DNA of 64,000 nucleotides from positions 2,720,001 through 2,784,000 of the forward strand of contig OZ240219.1 in the NCBI GenBank assembly GCA_965197645.1, read 5' to 3'. The notes under the pieces are model-generated. The model was not told the DNA's origin, made no database searches, and saw only the letters and a program-made list of their open reading frames with translations. Each line of letters opens with the position of its first letter. Within the stretch, counting starts at the first letter, position 1. Shown here piece by piece: positions 40,487 to 50,637 of this stretch. This DNA is from Dehalococcoidia bacterium. Lineage in GTDB: Bacteria; Chloroflexota; Dehalococcoidia; Plut-88900. Both the position numbers and the translations under genes were made by a program.

Positions 40487-40984
40487 CTACTTCTCCTCCC
40501 GAAATCTGGCTATCATCGTCTCGTGATTGATGGCCAGCAGCTCCCCCCGCTGATTGGTGTAGGTAATATCGTATTCAAAGAAGTAGAGGGTGCCCGTGCT
40601 TCCCCTCTTTTCGTATACGTCGGTAGTCTTCCAGCGGGCCGTTAGAACGTCGTCAGGACGGAAGGGTTGGAAGAACTCGTAGTCGTTGGCGGCTCGTATC
40701 TCATTTCCGATGGAGAGCCGGTACTGCCGGGCCGGCCCCCCGTTTTCGTCCAGATCGCTCCCCTGATAGTAGATCGTTTCGCATACGAAGGTAGGGGGAG
40801 CGATTATCCCCCCGTAGCGGGTGTTCTTGGCGAACTCCTCATCGGAGTAGAGGGGGTTCTCGTCTCCAATGGCCTGGGCGAAGCACCGGATGGCCGCTCT
40901 GCCTACCTCCTCGGGAGCGGTTATATCCATCTCCCTGCCCAGCATTCTCTCCCGCAACTCAGATATGTCGGGTCTCTCAACCAT
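40487..40984 (-). CDS. MaoC-family N-terminal-type hot-dog protein (HadA-like partner)
   Basis: FAQAIGDENPLY.DEE.A...YGG.IAPPTF, P.RP.D.L. Confidence 0.85.
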   Translation of the reverse strand: MVERPDISELRERMLGREMDITAPEEVGRAAIRCFAQAIGDENPLYSDEEFAKNTRYGGIIAPPTFVCETIYYQGSDLDENGGPARQYRLSIGNEIRAANDYEFFQPFRPDDVLTARWKTTDVYEKRGSTGTLYFFEYDITYTNQRGELLAINHETMIARFREEK

Positions 40985-41088
40985 AGTTCGTTCTCGAGAA
41001 GAGGGCCAGCCGCGATCGGTACCGTCTGCATCTGCGACGAACAAAGCCGGGATGCAAAGGCCGACTTCCTCGGAGGGTCGGAGGCCTT

Positions 41089-42159
41089 CTAGGCCGCCCC
41101 AGCTTTTCGCATCGCTAGGCCGGCGATCAGGTACATGATCACGTAGACGATGACCCTGTAGGTCACTGCGGACCCGGGAGGTATGCAGATGAAGGACATG
41201 CCGGAGAGGCCCCGTTTGCCGATCTCGTGAGCGATTCTGATCACCTCATACTCGGTCAGGCCTATCGGCTCGGCCAGCTCTCCCAGGATGTCGCCGGACG
41301 CCGGCCCTGCGCCACCGAGAACGTCCATGTCGAAGTGGACGTAAACCCCGGAGGTCCCATCGTAGGCCCGGTCCAGCTCATTGACCACGCCCTCGATGCC
41401 CAGGCCGCTCCTGACCTCCCACGAGGAAATGAAGCGAGCGCCGTCGTTCAGGTACCTGCGGACCGTCTTCGCCTCCTCCAGCATGCCCCGCTCACCGATC
41501 TCCACCAGGTGCCTGGGGTGCATGTTCTCCATGAACTCGTACATCTTGTACTTCCAGCTCCCGCTGCCGGCAATCCGTGGATCGTTGGTGAGGAAGTCTA
41601 TCTCCTGGGAGTCCCAGTGGGTATCCAGGCTTATGCAGCCCACTTCGCCGCCGGTCCGCTCCGCGATGGGCTTGGCGATGGCGTACGATCCCAACGGTGA
41701 GTTCTGGCCGATCACGACGGGGACCGCGCCCACATCGATGCAGTGGCCCACCTTCTCCTCTACCGACGCCTGGGCTTTGAGAATGTTCTCGGGCGATTGG
41801 TCCGCCATCACCTCAGGCGGTATATCCGCGTCCCCGTAATCAACCAGCTTCAGGTGCTCGAAGACGTCCAGATCGAAGTCCTGGATGTACCCGGAGCGAT
41901 AGCGTATAGACTGCTGTCGCACCCGCTTAGGGGCTTCTATCCAGTGCTTCTTGTGCACACCGGCGTACTCTTCAGTCGAGGTGGCCACGTAGGGCGCCCC
42001 GATAACTACGACGTCCGCTCCCTTCAGCTCTTCCGGAGATCGTGCGATGGGCGCCGCCATAAACGAAGGCGTTTCTGGCGCAATCAGCGGCGCATCCCTG
42101 TCAGCGGCGAAGCTGGTCCTAAGAAACTCCTCCCAAGATGGATACTCCATAGAGCACAT
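41089..42159 (-). CDS. Divergent ureohydrolase (arginase/agmatinase family)
   Basis: ADVV.IGAP, DYGD, LDTHWD, IG.RG, HFDMDVL, GLT..E. The GGDHS motif reads GQNS. Confidence 0.85.
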   Translation of the reverse strand: MCSMEYPSWEEFLRTSFAADRDAPLIAPETPSFMAAPIARSPEELKGADVVVIGAPYVATSTEEYAGVHKKHWIEAPKRVRQQSIRYRSGYIQDFDLDVFEHLKLVDYGDADIPPEVMADQSPENILKAQASVEEKVGHCIDVGAVPVVIGQNSPLGSYAIAKPIAERTGGEVGCISLDTHWDSQEIDFLTNDPRIAGSGSWKYKMYEFMENMHPRHLVEIGERGMLEEAKTVRRYLNDGARFISSWEVRSGLGIEGVVNELDRAYDGTSGVYVHFDMDVLGGAGPASGDILGELAEPIGLTEYEVIRIAHEIGKRGLSGMSFICIPPGSAVTYRVIVYVIMYLIAGLAMRKAGAA

Positions 42160-42236
42160 GGCGCCCCCTTCCCTGAACTGTAGCCCAATTAAACCTTTGA
42201 GCGATTTCCTAGTCAAGAAGGATACAGCGTATCGAC

Positions 42237-42650
42237 CTACTCCGCCAGCCAGGGCATGAGCCAGCCGAACAGGCCCGCGAAAACCGCTCCGAGCCCGTAT
42301 GCTTCCCACCAATCTCTACGGGCCTCCCAAAGCAACGCCAGCACGAGGCCGTTGATGGTCAGGAGAAGAACAAGGATGGTGAAGGCCAGGTTCGGGCTGC
42401 CCAGACCGTCGGCGGGGAAAAGCTGGTTCGCTGCGAAGAGAAACAGTCCCAAGACTGCTCCCACCAGCCCCCAAACGGCGAATCCCATCACGGGCACCAG
42501 CAACCTGAGATTGGCCGGCATCGAGGGTCTGCTGAGGAAGGCCAGGCTTTTGAAAGTTCCCCGGCTGGAGTTGGAAAGCATGATGCCCCAGGCGCTGGTG
42601 AACAACGTCCCCATTACCAGACCGCAGGCTGCCCCGATGACAATCTCCAT
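42237..42650 (-). CDS. Hypothetical membrane protein (about 4 TM)
   Basis: Hydrophobic 137-aa ORF with a GLGSPN motif, 8 nt downstream of ispE. Confidence 0.75.
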   Translation of the reverse strand: MEIVIGAACGLVMGTLFTSAWGIMLSNSSRGTFKSLAFLSRPSMPANLRLLVPVMGFAVWGLVGAVLGLFLFAANQLFPADGLGSPNLAFTILVLLLTINGLVLALLWEARRDWWEAYGLGAVFAGLFGWLMPWLAE

Positions 42651-42658
42651 AGGCTTTT

Positions 42659-43543
42659 TCAGTCGGGGAGTTCCACCGAAGAATCACATCCCGTCGTCCT
42701 GGTGACGAAGGCATCGATCCCGTGGAGGGCCAGCGCCTCTTGCACGGCTCGGCCCTCCGCCTCGCTCTCCACGAAGGCGTAAATGCTGGGGCCTGACCCG
42801 GAGAGATGCACGGATTCGGCACCCGCTTCTAGAAACCGCTTCCGGTAGCGCTCCAGGCTGGGAAACACCTCGTACAGCACCGGTTCGAAGGCGTTGAACA
42901 GATGGCAAGGCTCGACCCCGCCACCTCTCTGCAGGATACCGGCAAGCTCCCGGGTGGCCTCGCCCGAGCTGTAGCTGTCAGCCGATAATTTCGAGTACAT
43001 CATGGCCGTCTTGTTCTCGATCTTCAGGGCCGGCGACACTAGGACCAGCCACCGCTCTTGCAATGCCGGCAGTTGGGTCAGCGCCTCGCCGCGTCCTTCC
43101 ACCAGGACGGTGCCGCCGAGTATGAAATAGGGTACGTCCGATCCCAGCCGGGCCCCAAGTCCCTGCAGCTCTTCTTGGGTGAGCCCCAAGTGCCACAGAG
43201 CGTTCAAGCCCCTCAGCACCGCCGCTGCGTCGCTGCTGCCTCCCCCCAACCCGGCGGCTTCCGGTATGGTCTTTTCCAAGGTAATCCGGGCGCCACAGTC
43301 AACCCCCGATTCCTTTCGCAGCAGCCGGGCGGCGCGCAGCGCCAGGTTGGAGTCGTTATCCAAGCCGGGAACATCGCAGGTGAAGGCCAGCTCCTTGGCT
43401 CGGGTGAGAGTAATCGTGTCGGAGAGGGCTACAGATTGGATCACCGAGGCTATGTCGTGATAGCCGTCGGAGCGTTTCCCCAGGACCTCCAGGGTGAGGT
43501 TGATCTTGGCGTGGGCTGGGACAGTCACCGAATGATACGACAT
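42659..43543 (-). CDS. ispE: 4-diphosphocytidyl-2-C-methyl-D-erythritol kinase
   Basis: AHAKINL.LEV.GKR.DGYH, AGLGGGSSDAA, GSDVP, LSGSGP. Confidence 0.96.
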   Translation of the reverse strand: MSYHSVTVPAHAKINLTLEVLGKRSDGYHDIASVIQSVALSDTITLTRAKELAFTCDVPGLDNDSNLALRAARLLRKESGVDCGARITLEKTIPEAAGLGGGSSDAAAVLRGLNALWHLGLTQEELQGLGARLGSDVPYFILGGTVLVEGRGEALTQLPALQERWLVLVSPALKIENKTAMMYSKLSADSYSSGEATRELAGILQRGGGVEPCHLFNAFEPVLYEVFPSLERYRKRFLEAGAESVHLSGSGPSIYAFVESEAEGRAVQEALALHGIDAFVTRTTGCDSSVELPD

Positions 43544-44367
43544 AGGCTGTCCCACTCCTCGATGACGAGGGTGCCAGCCCTGCGCCGGCCATCTATGCCA
43601 ACCGCTTCCAGGGCCTCCTTGACCTCTTCGATGGGCATGCCGAGGCCGAGGGCCAAGGAGTTGTGAAGCTGTTTGCGGGGCGCAGTGAACCCGGCCCTAG
43701 CCACCCTGAAAAAGGCATCGATGTCCTTGACCATCGGCTCCCGGTACACGTCGATGGCCACCACGGCGGAACCGACCTTGGGTCTGGGTCGGAAGCTGGT
43801 CGGAGGCACCCGGCACACCACCGAGGGTCGGCCGTACACCTGGACGGCCACGCTCAATATGCTCCGCCGACCAGGCCCGGCCACGATGTTTCGGGCCACC
43901 TCTGCCTGTACCATGACAACCATCAGCGAGGGCTTGTTCTCCGCTTCCAGAAACAGGCGAATCGTAGGGCTGGCGATGTAGTAGGGGAGATTTGCCACCA
44001 CTTTGTAGCTGCTCCCCACTAGGCCTTGGATGTCCGTCTCCAGAACGTCGCCGTGAACGACGCTGACGTTGGAATAGCGGCCAAGCTTATCGCCGAGCAG
44101 GGACACCAGGGCCGGGTCCAGCTCTATGGCTGTCACCCTGCCGGCCCTTTCGGCGAGGGCCTGTGTCAAGGTGCCCGTGCCCGGTCCCACCTCCACGATG
44201 GTGTCTTGTGGTCCGATCTTCGCCGCATCCAGGATGCGAGCCAGTACCCTCTTGTCCTTCAGGGTGTACTGGCCGAGGGACTTGCGATGCCGAGGTCTTG
44301 GTTTGGCCGGGAGGCCATTGCCGTCGGGTGCCTGCTTGTCCTGCCGGGCCGATAGGGTGGGAATCAG
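43525..44367 (-). CDS. rsmA: 16S rRNA m6,2A dimethyltransferase (start codon uncertain)
   Basis: KSLGQ, EVGPG.G.LT, IELD, VANLPY.I.SP, F.P.PKV.S, RKQL.N. Confidence 0.92.
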   Translation of the reverse strand: MIPTLSARQDKQAPDGNGLPAKPRPRHRKSLGQYTLKDKRVLARILDAAKIGPQDTIVEVGPGTGTLTQALAERAGRVTAIELDPALVSLLGDKLGRYSNVSVVHGDVLETDIQGLVGSSYKVVANLPYYIASPTIRLFLEAENKPSLMVVMVQAEVARNIVAGPGRRSILSVAVQVYGRPSVVCRVPPTSFRPRPKVGSAVVAIDVYREPMVKDIDAFFRVARAGFTAPRKQLHNSLALGLGMPIEEVKEALEAVGIDGRRRAGTLVIEEWDSLCRIIR

Positions 44368-44381
44368 GTCCTCTCCACGGC

Positions 44382-45224
44382 TCAGAGCTTGAGCACCTTC
44401 TTGGCGTTGTCCAGCAGAATGCCCGGGCGGGCCTCCTCCCATATCGGCGAAGCCTCGAAGTCTCTGAGCCAGCGCTCGGGAGTGAGGGCCGGGTAGTCGG
44501 AGCCGAACATCACCTTGTGCTTGAGCAGGGTGCTGGCGTACTGGATGAGGTTGGGGGAGAAATACTTGGGGGACCAACCGGAGATATCCATGTAGACGTT
44601 GGGCTTATGGACCAGCACGGCCAGCTGCTCGTCCTGCCAGGGAAAGGCGGGATGGGCCATGATGATGGTGAGGTCGGGAAAATCCGCGGCCACGTCGTCG
44701 ATGTAAGGGATCGGCTTGGTGTACTTGAGACGTATGCCTCCGCCGCCCGGCAGCCCCGCCCCTACTCCCGTGGTGCCGGTGTGGAACATGGCGATCAGGT
44801 CCAGCTCCACCATCTTCTCGTAGATAGGGTAGAAGCGATGTTCGTTGGGATAGAACTCCTGGGTCATGGGCAGGAACTTGATGCCCCGCATGCCCAGCTC
44901 CTTGGCCGCTCTCTCCACCTCCTTCACCGCCATCTTTCCCCGCCACGGGTCCACGCACCCGAACGCGATGAATGTATCGGGATAGTTGTGGGCGAAGCTG
45001 GCGACCCAGTCGTTGCTGTCGCCGCCCTCGCCCTGGGCGCTCTGAGAGTCTTCGGCCAGGACCACAGCCATCATGTCCAGCTTCTGATAGTACTCAGCCA
45101 GCTCCTCCTGGGTCTCGATCTCATCCGGAGACTTGAAGTACTCGGCCATCGCCTTGCTGAACCTGCTCTCCGGGGCGCCGGGCTGTTTGGGTGGGTGAAT
45201 GTGGATATCAATGGCTTTGGGCAC
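44382..45224 (-). CDS. Amidohydrolase_2 family protein
   Basis: AIDIHIH, FHTG, IMAH, FGSDYP. GTG start after AGGAG. Confidence 0.9.
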   Translation of the reverse strand: MPKAIDIHIHPPKQPGAPESRFSKAMAEYFKSPDEIETQEELAEYYQKLDMMAVVLAEDSQSAQGEGGDSNDWVASFAHNYPDTFIAFGCVDPWRGKMAVKEVERAAKELGMRGIKFLPMTQEFYPNEHRFYPIYEKMVELDLIAMFHTGTTGVGAGLPGGGGIRLKYTKPIPYIDDVAADFPDLTIIMAHPAFPWQDEQLAVLVHKPNVYMDISGWSPKYFSPNLIQYASTLLKHKVMFGSDYPALTPERWLRDFEASPIWEEARPGILLDNAKKVLKL

Positions 45225-45247
45225 AGGACTCTCCTGGCGATAGATTC

Positions 45248-45517
45248 GGCCGTGCACCCCCCATCGACACTACACTATGACTTGCCACTCGGCGATGAGC
45301 TCCGGCCAGGCTCCCCTACGTCACCCAGAATGGACTACTTACCGCTGCTTCCTTCCGGACCTGACGGGGTTTGCGGTATTCTGCCGCGCAGGACCCGACC
45401 TTCAACACCCCTCGATCAAGTGCAACACCATAGAAATAGAAGCCTCAAGGGGGAGTTCGGTCCCGCTGTAGCGGATTGCGGGTTCAGGGCACCGCTAGCT
45501 CCCCACCTAGCACGACC
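45248..45517 (-). ncRNA. ffs: Large (Alu-domain-containing) bacterial SRP RNA
   Basis: The minus strand starts GGTCGTGCTAGGTGGGGAGCTAGCGGTGCCCTG, contains the domain IV motif TCAGGTCCGGAAGGAAGCAGC, and ends GCACGGCC, which pairs with the 5' end. Confidence 0.95.
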
Positions 45518-45524
45518 ACTATCG

Positions 45525-45553
45525 ATGGTAGACCAGCTACGTAGCCTTGTCAA
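45525..45553 (-). promoter_or_regulatory. Promoter of the SRP RNA
   Basis: TTGACA-N17-TACCAT, 7 nt upstream of the RNA 5' end. Confidence 0.75.
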
Positions 45554-45821
45554 CGTAACCGAGGCCCGCTCATCGTCCCGTCCGATTGACCCTCGTCCGT
45601 AGCCTATGTTAGGATTACGCACGGAAAAGCGAGTGTGCTATACGGCTTGTGGACCGGCGATCCGTTAGCATTTTTTGATTAATTTCTTCGTCCCTTGTTC
45701 CCTTCCACAAGCATTCCAGCGCCCGCCCTTTCGGTACTGTCCTATCGGCCTCTTTGCGTCAAGTAGGTCGGGGGCGTAACGCCGCTCGCTTTCCCGAAAT
45801 ACTGGGAAGTGTTGGCAGGCG

Positions 45822-46892
45822 ATGAGAGGCAGCTTGGCAGCCCGCCTGGGCGGGATGGTCATACTCGGGCTGGTGGGGTTCGGCGTAGGGATGTCGGTCA
45901 AAGACATCCGCGTAGCCGAGCCATATGACCCGTGGATCATCCTCGGCTCCAGCCTCTTCGGCACGCTGACCGGATTTCTATTCACTCCCTACACCTTCAT
46001 TCCCCTGTTCAAATGGGCCATCAGGGAGATGATAGCCCTGCCCATCCGGAGCCTGATCGCTGCTGTGGGGGGGCTAGTGATCGGTCTCGTACTCTCGATT
46101 CTGGTCCTCTTCGCCTTCTCCGTGACCGATCTGCCGGACCCGTGGGACAAGATCGTGCCGGTCCTCGTCAGCGTTCCCGTGGCGTTTCTGGGAGTCATGG
46201 TCGCCGTGCTGAGAGAAAAGGAACTTCTGGGCCTTATCTCGCTTCGTCAGGAGACGCTGGCGGGTGTCCCCGGATCCGCCGGCATGGGTGTCGGCCGAAA
46301 CGGGGCCGGTATTCTCATCGATACCAGTGCCATCATCGACGGGCGGATCGCCGATATCACCCACACCGGATTCGTGAATCGGGACCTGGTAATCCCCCGG
46401 TTCGTGCTGGACGAGCTGCAGTACGTGGCGGACTCATCCGATTCGCTCCGCCGAAGCAAGGGGCGCAGGGGACTGGATGTACTCAACCGGCTCCGCAAGG
46501 ACGAAGCGGTAAGCGTGGAGATACTGGACGTTGAGGTCAAGGACGTCAACGGCGTCGATGGCAAGCTGGTGACCTTGGCCAAGCGCTCCGACTATTCTAT
46601 CCTCACCACCGACTTCAATCTGAACAAGGTGGCAGAGCTTCAGGGTGTAGAGGTGCTGAACATCAACGAGCTGGTCAACTCCTTGAAGCCCGCACTCCTC
46701 CCCGGGGAAGAGCTGTCCATCCAGATCACCCAGGAGGGCAAGGAGGAGGGCCAGGGTGTTGGATACCTGGACGATGGCACGATGATCGTCGTCGAGGGCG
46801 GGCGGGACTACCTGGAGACCCAGCAAACCGTGGTGATCACCCGCGTGCTCCAGACCAGCGCCGGCCGGATCATATTCGCTCACCTGAAGTAG
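45822..46892 (+). CDS. Membrane-anchored PIN/TRAM domain protein (YacL-like)
   Basis: 4 TM segments, DTSAIIDGRI, RGLD.LN, T.DFNLNKVA, GVGYLDDGTMIVVE, QTSAGR.IFA. Confidence 0.95.
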   Translation: MRGSLAARLGGMVILGLVGFGVGMSVKDIRVAEPYDPWIILGSSLFGTLTGFLFTPYTFIPLFKWAIREMIALPIRSLIAAVGGLVIGLVLSILVLFAFSVTDLPDPWDKIVPVLVSVPVAFLGVMVAVLREKELLGLISLRQETLAGVPGSAGMGVGRNGAGILIDTSAIIDGRIADITHTGFVNRDLVIPRFVLDELQYVADSSDSLRRSKGRRGLDVLNRLRKDEAVSVEILDVEVKDVNGVDGKLVTLAKRSDYSILTTDFNLNKVAELQGVEVLNINELVNSLKPALLPGEELSIQITQEGKEEGQGVGYLDDGTMIVVEGGRDYLETQQTVVITRVLQTSAGRIIFAHLK

Positions 46893-46898
46893 GACGCT

Positions 46899-47603
46899 TT
46901 GTCACGCTCCACTACTCCCGAACACGAGCCCGCAGGCGCGGTGATACTGGCAGCCGGTGCCAGCCGGAGAATGGGCGGCCTGGACAAGACCTTCGCCTCT
47001 CTAGCCGGAAAACCGCTCGTACAGCACTCGCTGGACATTTTCCTGGCCTGCAGCGCCGTGGACCGGATAGCGCTGGTATGCTCCCAGGCCAACTTACAGA
47101 GCTGCAAAAAGCTGCTCGAAGGTGGCGGTTACTCCCGAAAGGTCTCCATCTGCGAGGGCGGGGCAAGGCGACAGGACTCCGTAGCGAATGGGCTGGCCGT
47201 CCTGCAGGGTTGTCAGTGGGTGGCGGTACACGATGGAGCAAGGCCATGCCTGCGCCCGGAAACGTTGGAGCAAGGCCTACGCCACGCCCTTGAACACGGC
47301 AGCGCTGTCGCTGCGGTGCCCGTCACCGATACCATCAAGGTTGCCGACAGCGAAGGCAGGGTGGTCGACACTCCGCCCCGGCAGGACCTGTGGGCCGTCC
47401 AGACTCCCCAGATCTTTCGCTATGACGAGCTGGTCGAAGCTTATGAGCGGATCGAAGAGGACGTGACCGACGACGCCTCCCTAATCGAGCGGGCCGGCGG
47501 GACCGTTTCCCTCTACCGGGGATCCTACGACAACATCAAGGTGACCGGCCCCCTGGATATAGAAATTGCAGAGCTGATTCTCAGGAGCAGGCCATGCCGA
47601 TAG
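46899..47603 (+). CDS. ispD: 2-C-methyl-D-erythritol 4-phosphate cytidylyltransferase
   Basis: LAAG.S.RMG..K, GG.RRQDSV, HDGARP, VQTPQ, TDDA, NIKVT. Confidence 0.95.
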   Translation: MSRSTTPEHEPAGAVILAAGASRRMGGLDKTFASLAGKPLVQHSLDIFLACSAVDRIALVCSQANLQSCKKLLEGGGYSRKVSICEGGARRQDSVANGLAVLQGCQWVAVHDGARPCLRPETLEQGLRHALEHGSAVAAVPVTDTIKVADSEGRVVDTPPRQDLWAVQTPQIFRYDELVEAYERIEEDVTDDASLIERAGGTVSLYRGSYDNIKVTGPLDIEIAELILRSRPCR

Positions 47604-48070
47604 GAATAGGATACGACGTGCACCCCCTGGCCGACGGCCGCAAGCTGGTTCTGGGCGGTGTGGACATCCCCTTCGATAAGGGACTCGAGGGGCACAGCGA
47701 CGGCGACGTGCTGGTCCACGCGGTGATCGATGCCCTGCTGGGCGCCGCGGGCAAGGGCGACATTGGGACGCACTTCCCTTCCACGGAGTCTCAGTACAAA
47801 GGTGCCTCCAGCCTCCACCTGCTGACCAGGGTACGGTGGGAGCAGCTGGGCCCCGAATGGCAGATAGGCAATGTGGATGCTACAATAGTCGCCCAAGAAC
47901 CCAGGCTGGCCCCTTTCGCCAACCGCATGAAATCGCTGCTGGCGCGGGCATTGGAGGTAGCCGAGGGCAAGGTCAACGTGAAGGCTACCTCCACCGACGG
48001 TCTGGGTTTCGCCGGCACCGGAGAAGGAATCGCCGCCTACGCCATAGCGCTCATCGAGGAGAGTGCATGA
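47594..48070 (+). CDS. ispF: 2-C-methyl-D-erythritol 2,4-cyclodiphosphate synthase
   Basis: GYDVH, GHSDGDV..HA..DA.LGA, GDIG.HFP. Confidence 0.96.
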   Translation: MPIGIGYDVHPLADGRKLVLGGVDIPFDKGLEGHSDGDVLVHAVIDALLGAAGKGDIGTHFPSTESQYKGASSLHLLTRVRWEQLGPEWQIGNVDATIVAQEPRLAPFANRMKSLLARALEVAEGKVNVKATSTDGLGFAGTGEGIAAYAIALIEESA

Positions 48071-49533
48071 AGCTCTACGATACCCTGCGTCGATCCAAAG
48101 AGGAGTTCGTTCCCCAGCACGAACCCATCCAGATGTACGTTTGTGGCGTCACTCCCTACGCCGACTGCCACGTTGGCCACGGCATGAGCTACATCACCTT
48201 CGACGTGCTGCGCCGCTACCTCGAGTGGCAGGGCTACAAGGTGCTCCACGTCCAGAACTTCACCGACGTCGACGATAAGATCATCCAGCGGGCTTCCGAT
48301 AACGGCAGAGACCCCAAGGAGCTGGCCGAGGATCTGATCCAAGAGTATTTCGACGATATGGACTCGCTGAACGTGCAGAGGAGCCACGTCTATCCCCGCG
48401 CCACGGAAGAGGTAGACGGCATCATAAACATGGTAAGCGGCCTGGTGGAAAAGGGCTTCGCCTACCCGATAGATGGGGACGTCTACTACCGTGTACAGAC
48501 GAAGGACGACTACGGCAAGCTGGGCCACCGTTCGCTGGACGGCATGATGTCCGGCTCCCGGGTGGAGATAGACCCCCGCAAAGAGCACCCCATGGATTTC
48601 GCCCTCTGGAAGGCGGCCAAGCCCGGCGAGCCCTCCTGGGACAGCCCGTGGGGAGCGGGTCGGCCGGGGTGGCACATGGAGTGCAGCGCCATGTCGCTCA
48701 GGTACCTGGGCGAGACCCTGGATATACACGGCGGCGGCCAGGACCTCATCTTCCCCCACCATGAGAACGAGATCGCCCAGACCGAGGCCTACACCGGGGT
48801 GAAGCCCTTCGTCAACTTCTGGCTCCATCACGGCCTGCTCCGGCTGGGTGAAGAGAAGATGAGCAAATCGTTGGGCAACCTGGTCACGATCAAGGAGGTG
48901 CTGGCCGAGTACAGTGCCGACGCCCTGCGCCTATTCGTCCTCGGGTCTCACTACCGGAGCCCGCTGACTTACAGTGACGAAGCCCTGGCTGCGGCCCATC
49001 GCGGCGCGACACGCCTGAGGACCGCCTCCCAAGTGGAAAGCACCTCGGATCAGGCTCTTTCGAGCCTGGAACTGGCCCCCTTCAGGGCGCGCTTCACCGA
49101 GGCGATGGACGACGATCTCAATACCGCTCAAGCCGTCGCCGCTCTATTCGAGCTGGCCACCGAGATCAACCGGGGCGCCGACGAAGGGCGCAACGTAGAC
49201 GATGCCGTGGCCCTGCTGAAGGAGCTGACCGGCGTGCTGGGTTTGACCCTCACGGAATCAAAGACCGGCCTCACCCTGGACTCCGCTCCCTTCCAGTCCC
49301 TTCTCGACTTGTTGAACGGCGAGCTGCAACAATCGGGCCTCACCGATCTGGCCGCCGGACCCGATAGCGCTGACTCCGAAGTCGCCCCCATAATCGATCA
49401 GCTCGTCCTCGTCCGGGCTGGGTTGAGGAAGGCGAAGAGGTTTGACCTGGCGGACAAGGTGCGAGACGACCTGAGCGAGCTGGGCGTGACTTTGGAGGAC
49501 TCGGCGCAGGGGACCACCTGGAAGCAACGCTAG
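48067..49533 (+). CDS. cysS: Cysteine--tRNA ligase
   Basis: MYVCG.T.Y, HVGH, GRPGWH.EC, IHGGG.DL.FPHHENE, KMSKS. ATG overlaps the ispF stop. Confidence 0.97.
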   Translation: MKLYDTLRRSKEEFVPQHEPIQMYVCGVTPYADCHVGHGMSYITFDVLRRYLEWQGYKVLHVQNFTDVDDKIIQRASDNGRDPKELAEDLIQEYFDDMDSLNVQRSHVYPRATEEVDGIINMVSGLVEKGFAYPIDGDVYYRVQTKDDYGKLGHRSLDGMMSGSRVEIDPRKEHPMDFALWKAAKPGEPSWDSPWGAGRPGWHMECSAMSLRYLGETLDIHGGGQDLIFPHHENEIAQTEAYTGVKPFVNFWLHHGLLRLGEEKMSKSLGNLVTIKEVLAEYSADALRLFVLGSHYRSPLTYSDEALAAAHRGATRLRTASQVESTSDQALSSLELAPFRARFTEAMDDDLNTAQAVAALFELATEINRGADEGRNVDDAVALLKELTGVLGLTLTESKTGLTLDSAPFQSLLDLLNGELQQSGLTDLAAGPDSADSEVAPIIDQLVLVRAGLRKAKRFDLADKVRDDLSELGVTLEDSAQGTTWKQR

Positions 49534-49534
49534 C

Positions 49535-50362
49535 TCAGCCCCCTCTTGCTATCACTCTAGACCCGACAGACGCCCCCGTCTGCTTGGCCGCACTGCCGTT
49601 GCTTTCGGCTACCTCCAGATAGCCGCTGCTGCCGATCAGGAGCAACAGCCCCTGTCTCTGTTGGTATGACGAGCTAATCCCCTCAATCGTGTTCCCCGCC
49701 ACCTCCAGCAGTACACCGGCTCCCGGCAGGTTCTCTGTTCGCAGGTTGGTGATCAGGTTCCCGAAGGAGTCGACGTGGATGACCTCGCCCCGAACGGACC
49801 CATCATCAGTGTGTAGGGGCGCCGGCCTGGGGAAGACCGTTACCGACGCCACAGGCTCTCCCAGGGCCTCCAGTGGAGCGTCCATCGATAGGTGGGCTGC
49901 CACCGGAGAGAAGATATCCCGACCGTGAAAGGTGTCGCTCACCTCCGGGCGCCAGAACTCGCTGTTGGTGAGAGATACGGCGCGAAACCCATGGGGAATG
50001 GGGCGCCGTAGGACCTGGAGAGATGGAGCCGGATCGCTGCCCTGCATCGCGTCCGCCAGGACGTAGCTGAGCACGCCGTTATCGGGTGCAACGAAGGTGT
50101 ATCCCGAACCGTTCATGGCCAGGCCCTTACGGTCCGTACCCACCCCGGGATCCACCACTACGAGGTGGATGGCGCCGGCGGGGAAGTATCGGTACGTGGT
50201 CCCGAGCACGAAGGCCGCCTCCCTGACGTCCTGGGACGCTATGCTGTGGGAGATGTCGATCAGGGTGGCGTTGGGGTTTATGTCAAGGATAACCCCCTTC
50301 ATGGCGCCGACGTAGCCGTCTTTCAGGCCGAAGTCGGTGGTGAGGGTTATCACCGGGGCCAT
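49535..50362 (-). CDS. SAM-dependent chlorinase/fluorinase/hydroxide adenosyltransferase family (DUF62)
   Basis: ITLTTDFG..D.YVG.MKG, VVDPGVG, APDNG, TFHGRDIF.P, DSFGNLITN. Confidence 0.93.
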   Translation of the reverse strand: MAPVITLTTDFGLKDGYVGAMKGVILDINPNATLIDISHSIASQDVREAAFVLGTTYRYFPAGAIHLVVVDPGVGTDRKGLAMNGSGYTFVAPDNGVLSYVLADAMQGSDPAPSLQVLRRPIPHGFRAVSLTNSEFWRPEVSDTFHGRDIFSPVAAHLSMDAPLEALGEPVASVTVFPRPAPLHTDDGSVRGEVIHVDSFGNLITNLRTENLPGAGVLLEVAGNTIEGISSSYQQRQGLLLLIGSSGYLEVAESNGSAAKQTGASVGSRVIARGG

Positions 50363-50403
50363 CGGGCTACATCCAGACTACGTGGGGGGGTGGGCGAGGG
50401 AGG

Positions 50404-50619
50404 TCAGCCGAACCGTACGCTCAGTGAAGAGATGAGGATGAACGCGACAACCAGAACTATAGTGGCCTGGAAAAGGGTCTTGTCCAGCCCTCGGCGGGTC
50501 CGGAAGCCGGTGCTGCTTCCGCCGAACACGTTGCCCATGCCCTGGCCTTTCACCTGCAGTAGTATCACGCTTATCAAGATAACCGAGATCAGAACCTGAA
50601 TGACGTTGAGTAAAGACAA
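50404..50619 (-). CDS. secG: Preprotein translocase subunit SecG
   Basis: Two TM segments around LLQ.KG.G.G..FGG....RTRRG. Confidence 0.9.
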   Translation of the reverse strand: MSLLNVIQVLISVILISVILLQVKGQGMGNVFGGSSTGFRTRRGLDKTLFQATIVLVVAFILISSLSVRFG

Positions 50620-50637
50620 CTTCTCTTGCTTCTCTCC

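Noticed and set aside
49535-50362. True halogenase (fluorinase/chlorinase)
   Set aside because: It retains the DUF62-type TFHGRD motif and has a housekeeping context, so SAM hydrolase is more likely.
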